From a virus, in IMG/VR virus record IMGVR_UViG_3300044730_000313, positions 32,001 to 96,000 of that record: DNA of 64,000 nt; one strand, given 5' to 3'. Every line of letters starts with the position of its first letter. Position 1 is the stretch's first letter. Under the pieces are notes generated by a model. That model saw only the letters and a program-made list of their open reading frames with translations, did not search any database and had not been told where the DNA came from. Positions 20,701 to 30,359 of this stretch are shown piece by piece. The translations under genes and the position numbers were made by a program.

Positions 20701-21423
20701 AGATGGGAACATTTGTTCTGGTTGAAATGCCATATCTTCTGGTCTAAGATATTGTCTTCTAGGCTCTTGTACAGGTCTACTAGCAGCAGCCTGACCCATT
20801 ACATCCGTTAAAGCAGTTTGCTGTTTTGCTGCTCTATATGCTTCTCTTTGAGCCTTAATGTTTTGAATACCACCAATCACCTGACCAATAACAGGGATAC
20901 CTTTTGCTAAGTTAGGCTTCTTTTTAGGGGACGGCATAGCTGGAACATTATAATCAGTTCCCCAGTTAAACTGTTGTTGCTGAAGGTTTTGTGCACTAGG
21001 TGTAAGTTGAGGGCCAGTAGGACCTAGTCCAGGAATCTCATTTCCTACCTGAGATTTTGCAACTTTCTTTCCTTTCTTGGCACCAGCCATTTCTGCAAAC
21101 TGTGCCACCTGGCCCATGTCCATTCCACCACCTTGACCACCACCACTCTGAGCTATTTGAGCTGCAGCTTGTTGAATAGCTTCCATTTTAGCACGGTCAG
21201 CACTGGTCATACCTGTAAACTGGTAATCAAGCTCATCATACATACCACGAACATCAGCAGGCTGATACATAGTGGAGGGTGCTTCACTGGTCATATACGT
21301 ACCTATCTGAGCCTTCTTAAGCTCTTTACCATGCTTGGCCATGAATGCTTCTTCTGTAGGAAACTTCTTGTAGAATTCCTTTTCAGACTTAACACCAGCG
21401 ATCTTTAGAATGTTCTTTTTCAT
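17770..21423 (-). CDS. Virion cargo protein (1217 aa), crAss C1-like
   Basis: RGQSH...GI...PVEVERGE segment, repeated xxGG motifs, low-complexity linkers; lies between the muzzle and RNAP genes. Confidence 0.6.
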   Translation of the reverse strand: MKKNILKIAGVKSEKEFYKKFPTEEAFMAKHGKELKKAQIGTYMTSEAPSTMYQPADVRGMYDELDYQFTGMTSADRAKMEAIQQAAAQIAQSGGGQGGGMDMGQVAQFAEMAGAKKGKKVAKSQVGNEIPGLGPTGPQLTPSAQNLQQQQFNWGTDYNVPAMPSPKKKPNLAKGIPVIGQVIGGIQNIKAQREAYRAAKQQTALTDVMGQAAASRPVQEPRRQYLRPEDMAFQPEQMFPSYGVGTNVLAEFGASVGGGEIMNTYAPGTLYDNLGYEPLNDSERYKQFYHGGKLHKAAGGGAFMDALGSSQGQQLANIAGGGTTGGYSEVLGSVGSLFGGPIGFATRFIGSAIDRLQEKKIENQQDLSRQNINKIVGQNFGIGVQQQFGANMEDGGMTSPYKWVSHTWQPQKIVSFGGHNVKDLLKPPHDADMLRAGGHLKAYTPPSARAMSTERPAMQMGGELQTHWGGYAETMSQNPYLPDGGETIMFRGQSHDESDGRGNTGIGITYGENPVEVERGEPAVKLQDGTSGDSNLVVFGNLKIPKSYIPMLGEEAKGKKFKTYVADLSKKENKQNKKLDKATQMLEDFEVSTPIDKMTLNSLQYTMLGANQKLKELADKKMTAASLQNAINDTAEEMGLVADDLARGKVKMDKKAIKQNAQFGGLFGPILSPVLGVSRTARQVAPAMKMMLPSGATGPLGIPMSVPSLPKATAQQMQQTAPAAAPAKATVPFAPVAAPIDFPDTEEEVITPAVVPLSTRAAAAPVVNTIAADVADASDYPIATTEEAKVRQIMELYEKAKAANAQNPGKKNPYILELQKRYHAYFPDIAKKIILDAGTVTARAKAKGINSLDDLKKLSTDEILDTNLDMFFGPRTEQYIAALPKKTPTSIASGELNVEKKTTATTTDDKTTARPSVIPITPYKRNPLLDIIGQVLPYVRPTDTEELDPRQLIGEMYALANNQLEPVQAQTLQPQLSVPYDISYQDILNENEAAFRSQQRMLGYNPAAQSMLNAQKYAANQKVLGEQFRANQAMKDAVYRENRNLLNEFGLKNLEILDRQYVRQETAKSKTKAITQSALSSIGDKFMRNQLENRKLATYENLYNFRYDPRFRTINMNAPFQPQIPTVYVGPDGKQYQVMAPGTTATPPIVSQGKVPAAAPSAPAVQAPAPITEQELDDQMFTAEEIEEQYKRGGRKGISVSKKKSLNSSVVKAFKNL

Positions 21424-21424
21424 G

Positions 21425-22966
21425 TTAGTTATATTTATCTAACCATCCACCCTTGGTTGGTTTGTTATAGTTTGTAAAGTTAAGCAATTGATCTAACTTC
21501 TTAAGTGGTTGAGCATCAGCATTGTTTACACTCACACCACCTTTAGCCACAGGATATTCTGTTACATATTCTCCATCAAACTCATAGTCTTCTCCTGGTT
21601 CCATGTATTGGACATCTCCTGTGTCAGATATTCCGAGGAGGGGTTGATCTACACCCTCCATAGTGATTACATTTGAAGGGATGATGACAGGCCCACCCAC
21701 GTTCTCAGGGTTCCAATATCCCATAGGATCTACAGGTATGTCCCCTCCATCTTGTAGGGTGCCTGTAGCAGATGCATAGTCAGCACCCTCCTGGTATGTA
21801 GCATCTCTAATACCTCCTACAAAAGACTTGAGAGCAGCTTTGCTAGGGAAGTACATAGTCTTCTGCTCATTGTATTTGCCTGTAGGATAGGTAAAGGTGT
21901 ATTTAGTTGGCTTGTTTTCAAACTGACTAGCTTTGAGAGGACTAGGCGCATTTGGTACAGGAAGCTCATATCCTAAGTCTATTGCTTCTCTAGGAATAGG
22001 GATAGGTTTTGCTAGTTTCTTACTTTCAGGAAGAGGAAAAGGTCCAATTGTTCTTGAAGTTTGTTGCTTCTTTACAGGTGGTTGTTTCTTTACAGGTGGT
22101 TGATACTTAAGACTTTTTCTTACAGGAGGATGATATATTTCTACAGCAGCACTATAAGGAAGAACATTTGTTTCTGTTAAATTTTTATTTTCCTCTAACG
22201 CTTCTGTTAACCCTTTAATTTTTCTAGATGTATCAAAACCAGGATCTCCAACCACTATAACATCTTTAGGCACCTGAGGATATTGGGATGGACCCCAATA
22301 CTGTCTAGGAAGAGATTGCTCTGTGTATTTAGGAAGAAATCTTCTTTTTCCTTGATAGTCTCCATGTATAAGATTACTGAATGCACCAACTAGACCAGAG
22401 CTGCTCATTAAAGAAAAGTTACTAAGGTTCTTTTTTACATCAGCTCTAGCTTTAGCAAGATCTTTCTGTCCTCTTATGTAGTTTCTAACGCTATCCTGCC
22501 AACGTCTGTAATCATTTATATCTGTTGTAATAGCGCTACCATTCTGACTAATAGTCTTAGGTTTGAAGTCTAGTCCAGCTTGGTAGTATTTCATCTCCTG
22601 TCCATTCTGTGCACTAGCCTTTGTCTTCTTAGCATAGGGACCGTTAGAAGGAGCAGGACTCTGTGTACGTGCGTAGGTGAATCCTACAGCACCAGGGAGA
22701 ACACCACCCATTTGCATTGTTCCACCCCATGCTCCGTTGTAGTTGAATCCAACATCCGTTAGACCTCCCATAGTTCCTTCTATGCCATTCTGTGCTTGGG
22801 GAGCGTCATACTTATCTAACCATCCTCCAGATTCAGCTTTGTAGGGCTTAGCGCCACCAGCAATAGCTCCAAAGAACTTACGTTGTTGTTCTGTCAGGGG
22901 ATGCCCATGCACCTCCTTATCGTGAAGGATTTTCCTTGCTTTTGTGGATGTGAGTTTCTTTGCCAT
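21425..22966 (-). CDS. Putative virion cargo protein (513 aa)
   Basis: GGWLDKY near both ends, repeated Q-x-G(G) motifs shared with the 1217-aa neighbour, QPPVKK tandem duplication. Confidence 0.55.
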   Translation of the reverse strand: MAKKLTSTKARKILHDKEVHGHPLTEQQRKFFGAIAGGAKPYKAESGGWLDKYDAPQAQNGIEGTMGGLTDVGFNYNGAWGGTMQMGGVLPGAVGFTYARTQSPAPSNGPYAKKTKASAQNGQEMKYYQAGLDFKPKTISQNGSAITTDINDYRRWQDSVRNYIRGQKDLAKARADVKKNLSNFSLMSSSGLVGAFSNLIHGDYQGKRRFLPKYTEQSLPRQYWGPSQYPQVPKDVIVVGDPGFDTSRKIKGLTEALEENKNLTETNVLPYSAAVEIYHPPVRKSLKYQPPVKKQPPVKKQQTSRTIGPFPLPESKKLAKPIPIPREAIDLGYELPVPNAPSPLKASQFENKPTKYTFTYPTGKYNEQKTMYFPSKAALKSFVGGIRDATYQEGADYASATGTLQDGGDIPVDPMGYWNPENVGGPVIIPSNVITMEGVDQPLLGISDTGDVQYMEPGEDYEFDGEYVTEYPVAKGGVSVNNADAQPLKKLDQLLNFTNYNKPTKGGWLDKYN

Positions 22967-23832
22967 TACTTGTAAGAGATTTGAGATGGTGTAATGATAA
23001 ACTGGCTAACTAGATGAGCATCATAGCGGTTGTCCAATATGTGTCTCACCTTCAACTCTTTAGCACGCAGAGGTTCTTTCTTGAAGGATCTCTTGCCATA
23101 GTCCATATTAGCCTGGTTTACCACCTTATCCAAAGATAGGGATTCACATGTACGTATGAATAATGGTTCCTGCTTATGCTTAACCAATGACCAGAATGTG
23201 TTATACTGGTAGAAGTTGTCACTCTTGGTGAATGTAATTGTCTTACTATCAGTGTTATATATTGGATACTTCAAGTAGTCCTTCAGGTTATTGATTGGTT
23301 TGGGAACCAGCTCAAGCACACCAGAAGACTGCTGACCGTTATACAAAACAGCTTTATTGAACCAAGCATCATCAGTTTCCACCTTACGGTTGTCATCAGA
23401 CACACCATCTGGATCAGAGAAGTATCTATATGCCTTAGTGTAATCTTGCACACTCTGAAGGATTTCATCTCTGTATTGGTAAGCAAAAGGATACTCAATG
23501 ATGTAAGGCTCAATGTTTCCGTAGAAGTAATTGTACACCACTGGGTTCTTCAGGTGCCTCCAGATACAAGCACTATAGGATTGCGTGTAGGTGGCTGCCA
23601 CCTGTTCATTAGGTGTCACTTGAGAAATAGGGAAGTTAATAGACTTTTTGCAGCCACCTGTGGATGTAATAGTAATTACACTAGCAGCACTATTCACGCT
23701 ATACACCACTCCATCAATCAGTTGACTCTTGGGTACATCTGTAGCTATTACATTTCCGAGGTTATCAGAAATGGTAAAAGGCCCGCTCCTGGGAGAGGCT
23801 TTCACTAGCTTTATGAATACGTTTTGAGGCAT
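22966..23832 (-). CDS. N-terminal 'GPF' domain fused to the probable C-terminal part of the muzzle/stabilisation protein
   Basis: N-terminus resembles that of the 32516-33115 protein; remainder IWRH...YNYFYG...PYIIEY...FNKAVLYNGQQSSG resembles crAss-like stabilisation-protein C-termini (recalled, not searched). Confidence 0.55.
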   Translation of the reverse strand: MPQNVFIKLVKASPRSGPFTISDNLGNVIATDVPKSQLIDGVVYSVNSAASVITITSTGGCKKSINFPISQVTPNEQVAATYTQSYSACIWRHLKNPVVYNYFYGNIEPYIIEYPFAYQYRDEILQSVQDYTKAYRYFSDPDGVSDDNRKVETDDAWFNKAVLYNGQQSSGVLELVPKPINNLKDYLKYPIYNTDSKTITFTKSDNFYQYNTFWSLVKHKQEPLFIRTCESLSLDKVVNQANMDYGKRSFKKEPLRAKELKVRHILDNRYDAHLVSQFIITPSQISYK

Positions 23833-23842
23833 TTATATCTTT

Positions 23843-26800
23843 TTATAATGGAGCTGTTGTAGTGGTAGTGGTAGTGGATGAACTGCTGGTAGTGGTTGTA
23901 GTTGTTGTACACTCTAAACAATCATCCTCACTTGTACAAGATGTGCCGCACAAAGCAATAATTACTCCTGGATCAGAATAGGGCACTGCTTCAGTGCTAA
24001 AGCACAAGTTTACAGTGGATGCTGGATTTACAGGAATGAATGATATGCTCTTGCTTCCACATACATACCCAGCTACATTATGAACCTCCTCTGTTGGGTT
24101 ATGAATAACATAACACTCACAAGGATATGCAGTTGTAGTGGTTGTGGTGGTGCTAGTGCTAGTTGTTGTTGTAGTGGTGATTTCACAAGCCACTCCCTCC
24201 AGATCACAGCCTGTATAATCTGTTGTTGTACTAGTTGTTGTGGATGTAGATGTACTTGTTGTGCTGGTACTAGTAGTAGTTGTAGTGTTTGGAATAGGAT
24301 TAGCTACAATAGCATCAAAGTCACCACAGCAATCATTTAGTCCTGAATAGAAGAAGTTGTTCTCACCAATATACCAGTTAGGGATGTAGCTATGAAAGCT
24401 TATCCAGCTCTTGGTATTGAAGTTAAAAGACACTGTCCAGCTCTTGTTACAGAAGTAGTCTGTGTCTGTAAGGAACACTTCTGTCTTGGTTAACTTCTCT
24501 GCACCACAGCAGTCTACAGGTTTCTCTAAGTAGAACTTCTTATCTACATCATCATATATGATACCTTCCACCTTTGGAACATAGTCAAGCTTGGTGATAA
24601 TCACCCTGTCATACTTGCTATCATATACACCATGCAGTCCTACACCATTAAAGTGATTATCCACATCCACCTTAGGGAAGTAACGTAATATCTCAAATGC
24701 CAGATGGTCTGTAAAGAACCTATTCATTCCTGAACCAAATCCTGATAAATCAACAGCTTCTGTACCAGTGATGAGGAACACTTGACCACGCTTAGCATCT
24801 ATAGTCACTTGTCCTTGTGGTATCTTGAGGAGCATCTTGTTCTGGGTTCCTACATATCCCAAGTCAGTTTCAGCAAAATCAATTGGAGGGGCTCCTCTAA
24901 ACAGCGATGGGTTACCAACATATGCTGCCTGAGGGTTGCTAGTATCAATGGTTAACAAGTTGTTGTACATCAACGTCTTGTTCTCAAATCTAGCCAGAAT
25001 AGCTCTGTTCTGAATTCCATCTAAAGAGATAAGGTCTCCAAAGTTTTGAGGGAAGTCAAAGTAAGATATGGCTCTGTAAACCAACCAGTTATTCACCCTA
25101 TTATCAGCATCTATGTTTTGAGGATCTGAGTAGATGGTTCTAAACGGATACTGTGTATAACATATTGTCTTCCAATCAAAAGGTAAGTGAGTGAATGTAT
25201 TCTCTCTGTTTTGCTTAGAGAAAGTTACATTATAGTAGTAGGTGTTGTCCTGAGCAATAGGGACATAGCTTTCTTGTACCCAGTCATCAGGAATACTTGT
25301 ACTTACATGTGGCCAGAAGTCACCCTCTCTGTTGTTAAAAGCTTGACGTAGATCTACGTTATAAGAACTCTCACAGTAGAAATAAGGAATACCATAAGCA
25401 AACTGATACATCTTACCATCGTAGAATGTTCTACCAGCACTTGTAATTGGAGTTTGCTCATTAGGACAATCAAGATTATTTGCCTTAATTGAGAAGAAGT
25501 TTGTTAATACAGCTGTCTCAATTGACGCATCTACAAGGATGGAACGTGCTGAGTGCCAGTATTCTGGGTAGGCCACATTACCAATCTCATCATAGAATAT
25601 ATCACTATCATCAGGAGCATTCACCCTGTTATCAATAAAGAAGGGCAGTTTGGTCTTGAAAGCAAACTTGCTGATGAACGTATCACCACCAAAGAACGTA
25701 GCTGTAGTAGTTGTTGCAGGAGTGATATCCACTTGAAATCCTGTATCCACTGTATCATAAGAGTATATCTGTCCATACTGATTGACAAATATGTTCTTAA
25801 GAGATCCGTAATAAGAGACAACACTTATGTATTCATCCTTAGCAGGAACAGGACAATTGTCTAGACTTCCATCAACACCCGCCTCACTAAGAGTCATTCT
25901 AGACCTATCGTTTACAGTGCCTGATATAGTGGGGGTTTGATTAGGGAATGGTAGAGGAGATCTAGGACCACCTGTATATGTTTCTTTAGTCTTTAGATAT
26001 ACAGAACTCTCTCTGTTCCAGTTGTTTATATCCTTGTTATCATTAACACCCTGTACACCAGGAATCAGGTATTGTTTGAGATCAAGCTCACGTTGCTTTA
26101 TTCCCAATCCATTAGCAATTGAATTACTATAGTCATAGCTAGCAATTGAGTTGTAGGAATAAGCGTAGTTTTGTCTGGTGATACCATTTATATAGATGGT
26201 GAGGTAGGCTTGATAGGCAGCAAACAGAGCGCTAGCGTTGTATGCACCAGTGGTGATGAGTGCTATTTGATTAGCGCTATCTAATGCATCCTGTTGAGCC
26301 TCAAGACTTACTAGTCTATACATGGCGTTATCTCTCACTTGTGTAAAGTGAGCTCTACCAGCACCAAATATTACATTCTCTAGTTTTAGTACACCACCTA
26401 AGAACGGTTGTCCAAAGGATGTTTCAGGAGAGTTAAATACATGTCTGTACTTTGCACCCTCCTCATCAAACGCATTTAGTTGAGCTGGAGCACACAGATC
26501 ATATCCAATTTCGTCTACTAATTCAATACTATAACCACCATCACCACTTGCATAAGTGGGAGGACTAAGAGAGGGTATAGTTCTAACACCACCAAACGTA
26601 GATCCATCTACTGTCCAGGTGCTTTGTTCTAAAGCTGCTTGAGGAGCATTACAACATCCGTTGCTCGGATTCTGAGCACAATATTCTGCCCAGTTAGCAT
26701 ATCCTACAGGAGGAAGTAATATAGATCCCGTAAGTGCATCTATTCCACAAGATATTCCTCCAGGAACAGGTGGATAATAATTAAATGTGGCAAGATCACC

Positions 26801-28897
26801 AGGTGCCACTGTAATTTTATACCAACTGTACGTGTTAGATATAATTGATCCTTGCGCTCCTCCACCAAATATAGGAGAGGGAAAACTTAACGCGCAAAGA
26901 TTAAATGATGTATTCAGAGGAAAATCACCACTAACACCAATTGTTTTTGTAACAGCTTCTCCTGAATAACAATCAATATACTTTATAGTGCCAGGCTGTG
27001 TTGCATATACAGTGAACTGTCTACATACAGAGGACGTACTTCTAGAAGCAAGAGGAATTGTGAAAGCATTGCTTTTCTCTAACAAGAACGGGTCTTGTCT
27101 TAAATCGTTGTAAGGATAGTTGGGGAAGTAATACTCTTGACCTTCGCGCTCATACTTACCCACATTTCTAAGTATACCCTTAGCTACAATGGATTTGTTT
27201 GTGCTTCTGTCACCACGGATAATCTTGAATCCAGCTATCTGACTCTTTTGTTCAGCTGTAAGATTGGAAGAGTTGATAAGAGACTGTACCTGTTGTACGT
27301 CTATTTTAACACCTAGTGGGAATATAGCGTCCTTTTGGATAGCCATAGAGTCTTGGCCTGCGAAGATGGCAGACTCAAATATGGGACTCACCAGGACATC
27401 TGGAAACTTATGGTGTCTAATGGGTTGACCAGCCAAGTCTCCCCATAGTTCTTCATTGCAAGGATATTCTTCTGTGGACTCCCAATAAGAAAACTCACCA
27501 AACTGGTAGGGTCCTTTGTACTCTGTTGCTGGAGAATAGCCAGGAGAGAACCCTGTCACTACAGCTGTATTATATATCTTCCAATAGGGGCTAGTTCCTG
27601 TTACAGGATCTGGATCACCTATAAAGTCATCATTTGTAGGAGAAACAGGAGATAGGTCTAACACATTTGCAATTCTACCAGGAATGTGGAAACCGTCAGT
27701 TTGCTTACCGTTAGTGAGCAAGAACACTATCTCAAAAGCATACACCTCATCCCTTAGATATCCTCTAAGGTTGGTGGCATTGAATGCATCAGCATAGGTT
27801 TCTGTATTAGGGATACGATAGGTTTCCCACTGCAGAGCGATACCGTTAGCTATCTTCTGGTAATTAATTCTTTCTACAGAAGTGAGTTGGTCCCACACCA
27901 GAATATCACGTACAGCTGTTATATCTTGAGCAATCTCGTAATATGGAAACTTCTCAAGTATGTCATTAATTGTCAGACGAACATTGGTTTTGTTCTGACC
28001 TGTGTAAGTAATCACCTGACTAGGACCATCAATAAAATAGGTGCCTATCAACTCAACGGAGGTAATGGCATTTACAGTTTTAATAACTGCTACATTAAAA
28101 TAATCGTACAGTCCTGTATTATCTAAGTTGCTGACAGTGAGCTCAATAGATTTACCCACCTGATAATTAAAATTAACAGTGGTGATACTGGGGTCAGCAA
28201 TAGGAGTGGGATTGGTAACAGAGTAGTAGGAAGTGAAAGGGTTTCCAGCAGGATCGGAATACTGAATAGCAAACTGATATGTACCTGCTTGAAGGTCACC
28301 CCCTGTGGTTATTCTAGTGACATCCAGCTGAGGAATAACAAAATCAGGCTGGACATTTAACCCGTTGCAATCTATCTCATTGCTGTACACAGGGTCGCAC
28401 GCAGGTGTACCTCCTATGAGAACATAGGGTAGGTTTTCTGGGTTGAGATCAATATATCTACGAGGATTGATTCCATCTGTCCAGTACACCTCTGTTGTGC
28501 ACTCTGTAATTCTGTGGACAGCCTTATGGATGGGATGATTAATGTTGAAATTGAGACAAGGAGCACTTACATAGGTGCGATAGATACAGTCGTTATTATC
28601 CATGTAGCCAATCTCAGAAGCACCTGTTTCTGGGTTGGTGATAAAGAATACATGTTTACTTCTCTCTTGGATGAAATGGGTACCTATTAATACAAAGCCA
28701 GGAGGGAACGTAACACAAAGTTCGTTCCCTGGCTCATTCTGATAGTTTACAGAATTAGCATCAAAGTTTTCTACAGCAGCATTCAGCGCATACGTTAGCT
28801 TACCCTTAGGAATCTGGTTGAGGGTCTGATCGAGGTTTAAGCCAGTGGTAGCGTTATTATACTCCTGTCTGATATTGCCTTGTTCTTGCTCAGCCAT
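23843..28897 (-). CDS. Tail stabilisation/muzzle protein (P22 gp10-like), with Thr-rich and Cys-rich C-terminal extension
   Basis: Beta-rich 1684-aa ORF directly after the ring protein; YWTDG..PRRYI, GYLRDEVY.F.I, FGGDTFI and WISFHSY motifs. Confidence 0.8.
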   Translation of the reverse strand: MAEQEQGNIRQEYNNATTGLNLDQTLNQIPKGKLTYALNAAVENFDANSVNYQNEPGNELCVTFPPGFVLIGTHFIQERSKHVFFITNPETGASEIGYMDNNDCIYRTYVSAPCLNFNINHPIHKAVHRITECTTEVYWTDGINPRRYIDLNPENLPYVLIGGTPACDPVYSNEIDCNGLNVQPDFVIPQLDVTRITTGGDLQAGTYQFAIQYSDPAGNPFTSYYSVTNPTPIADPSITTVNFNYQVGKSIELTVSNLDNTGLYDYFNVAVIKTVNAITSVELIGTYFIDGPSQVITYTGQNKTNVRLTINDILEKFPYYEIAQDITAVRDILVWDQLTSVERINYQKIANGIALQWETYRIPNTETYADAFNATNLRGYLRDEVYAFEIVFLLTNGKQTDGFHIPGRIANVLDLSPVSPTNDDFIGDPDPVTGTSPYWKIYNTAVVTGFSPGYSPATEYKGPYQFGEFSYWESTEEYPCNEELWGDLAGQPIRHHKFPDVLVSPIFESAIFAGQDSMAIQKDAIFPLGVKIDVQQVQSLINSSNLTAEQKSQIAGFKIIRGDRSTNKSIVAKGILRNVGKYEREGQEYYFPNYPYNDLRQDPFLLEKSNAFTIPLASRSTSSVCRQFTVYATQPGTIKYIDCYSGEAVTKTIGVSGDFPLNTSFNLCALSFPSPIFGGGAQGSIISNTYSWYKITVAPGDLATFNYYPPVPGGISCGIDALTGSILLPPVGYANWAEYCAQNPSNGCCNAPQAALEQSTWTVDGSTFGGVRTIPSLSPPTYASGDGGYSIELVDEIGYDLCAPAQLNAFDEEGAKYRHVFNSPETSFGQPFLGGVLKLENVIFGAGRAHFTQVRDNAMYRLVSLEAQQDALDSANQIALITTGAYNASALFAAYQAYLTIYINGITRQNYAYSYNSIASYDYSNSIANGLGIKQRELDLKQYLIPGVQGVNDNKDINNWNRESSVYLKTKETYTGGPRSPLPFPNQTPTISGTVNDRSRMTLSEAGVDGSLDNCPVPAKDEYISVVSYYGSLKNIFVNQYGQIYSYDTVDTGFQVDITPATTTTATFFGGDTFISKFAFKTKLPFFIDNRVNAPDDSDIFYDEIGNVAYPEYWHSARSILVDASIETAVLTNFFSIKANNLDCPNEQTPITSAGRTFYDGKMYQFAYGIPYFYCESSYNVDLRQAFNNREGDFWPHVSTSIPDDWVQESYVPIAQDNTYYYNVTFSKQNRENTFTHLPFDWKTICYTQYPFRTIYSDPQNIDADNRVNNWLVYRAISYFDFPQNFGDLISLDGIQNRAILARFENKTLMYNNLLTIDTSNPQAAYVGNPSLFRGAPPIDFAETDLGYVGTQNKMLLKIPQGQVTIDAKRGQVFLITGTEAVDLSGFGSGMNRFFTDHLAFEILRYFPKVDVDNHFNGVGLHGVYDSKYDRVIITKLDYVPKVEGIIYDDVDKKFYLEKPVDCCGAEKLTKTEVFLTDTDYFCNKSWTVSFNFNTKSWISFHSYIPNWYIGENNFFYSGLNDCCGDFDAIVANPIPNTTTTTSTSTTSTSTSTTTSTTTDYTGCDLEGVACEITTTTTTSTSTTTTTTTAYPCECYVIHNPTEEVHNVAGYVCGSKSISFIPVNPASTVNLCFSTEAVPYSDPGVIIALCGTSCTSEDDCLECTTTTTTTSSSSTTTTTTTAPL

Positions 28898-28902
28898 TGG
28901 TA

Positions 28903-29877
28903 TTAGTTATTGCGTCTCCAACCATACATTCCACCAACACGATTGGGTAGTTCGTACATATTAAATCTATTCAAGTCATTTTTAATCCTACGCTGCTTAG
29001 CCCAAGGATCTTGCTTCTTAATCTCAATATCAGCCATGATAAATGCTTCTTCAGATTGCTGCTTGTAATATGCGAGCTTCTGTTGGAGCTGGTTAAAGGT
29101 TTCATCATTGGTCTGGTTGGTGAGGGTTTCCATCATTTTAAACTTGATGAAAGCCTCAATATATTCCCTGATACGGAAGTTGTTGGGAATCAGTTGATTA
29201 CCACCAGCGTCATACTCTGTGGCATAGAAAATCAGGTGTACAATACCATTACGGAAGTTGGTGACAAACTTGTTATCCCTAATGTCAAATGAATCATACC
29301 CAGCAGAACCAGGGGTAAACTCACGAAGAGGGGGTGCCTCTTGATAGAACTCCCAGTTGTTTGTGTATTCCACACCGCAGTTCTTTTGTGCAGAGATGTT
29401 ACCAGGCTTGAGTAGATATTCCCTACGATATAGCACAGGAGCTTGGTTGTTTGTTTTGTATACTGTCTGAATAATCTCAGGCATACAAGACCCATCACAT
29501 CCTACATTACCACAACAAGGACTGGGAATAGGACAGTCTGTAACAATTGGACTCACCTGTATAGTGGTGGCTGTAGCAGCCTGGGAATAGAATGAGTTGG
29601 CTGTCTGATAGGGAAAGCCATTAATAGCTGTACAAAGCCACGCTTCACGAACAGCATAAAAGTTATCTGGGAGCCTAGCTTCATAGTCACAGATGTTTAA
29701 CACTTCCTCTTGAATAACATACGTTGCTCTACCCAACTTCAATAGACACTTGTCTAGGTAAGTGGGGAACATGAGGTCATCGATAGCCCCTGTATCGAAA
29801 TAGCTTTTAAACTCTTCCTTTACAGTGGAATAGATAATCTCAGGAGAGATGAAGTTATATTTGTAGTAGTATGACAT
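28903..29877 (-). CDS. Tail tubular/ring protein
   Basis: Position directly before the muzzle gene; NFRNG.VHL.FY...G..LIP motif typical of crAss ring proteins. Confidence 0.65.
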   Translation of the reverse strand: MSYYYKYNFISPEIIYSTVKEEFKSYFDTGAIDDLMFPTYLDKCLLKLGRATYVIQEEVLNICDYEARLPDNFYAVREAWLCTAINGFPYQTANSFYSQAATATTIQVSPIVTDCPIPSPCCGNVGCDGSCMPEIIQTVYKTNNQAPVLYRREYLLKPGNISAQKNCGVEYTNNWEFYQEAPPLREFTPGSAGYDSFDIRDNKFVTNFRNGIVHLIFYATEYDAGGNQLIPNNFRIREYIEAFIKFKMMETLTNQTNDETFNQLQQKLAYYKQQSEEAFIMADIEIKKQDPWAKQRRIKNDLNRFNMYELPNRVGGMYGWRRNN

Positions 29878-29882
29878 CTAGT

Positions 29883-30359
29883 TTACTTTTTCCATTCGTG
29901 ATAAATATGTTGATATCTGTTGTCGGTTTTTATGTAGTGAGACAACAATCTGGATGTTGTTCTGGAGGGTTTGAAATACCACAGTGCTGAGTGTCTGAAT
30001 CTAGCTGTATCTTTGAACCACACCCACCCAAAGAAATAACCCTCTGTATGGAAGTTGAAATTGTAGATACGCTTGCCCTTCTCTTTGGTCTTTTTCCAGT
30101 CTATAGGGAGATTGACAAACTCTTTACCATCCACCCCCTTCATCTTTCTACGCTTCTTTTTGTTTATGGAGAATTCACCAAACCCATAAGGAAGTCTTGC
30201 TCTCTCACCTGTCTCTAGGATGTACTCTTTGAAAGCATCGTTATAGGTGTAAACGATGTTTCTCCACTCGTCAAATGTTAATTTAACCGATGGATTTTTC
30301 TTACAGAAATGATTGTAGTTTTCTTTACTGGCGCTTCTCCAGTCTATTTTTACTCGCAT
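29883..30359 (-). CDS. IHF/HU-like DNA-binding protein
   Basis: ILETGERARLPYGFGEFSI HU/IHF-like motif; basic; conserved crAss tail-block position. Confidence 0.75.
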   Translation of the reverse strand: MRVKIDWRSASKENYNHFCKKNPSVKLTFDEWRNIVYTYNDAFKEYILETGERARLPYGFGEFSINKKKRRKMKGVDGKEFVNLPIDWKKTKEKGKRIYNFNFHTEGYFFGWVWFKDTARFRHSALWYFKPSRTTSRLLSHYIKTDNRYQHIYHEWKK

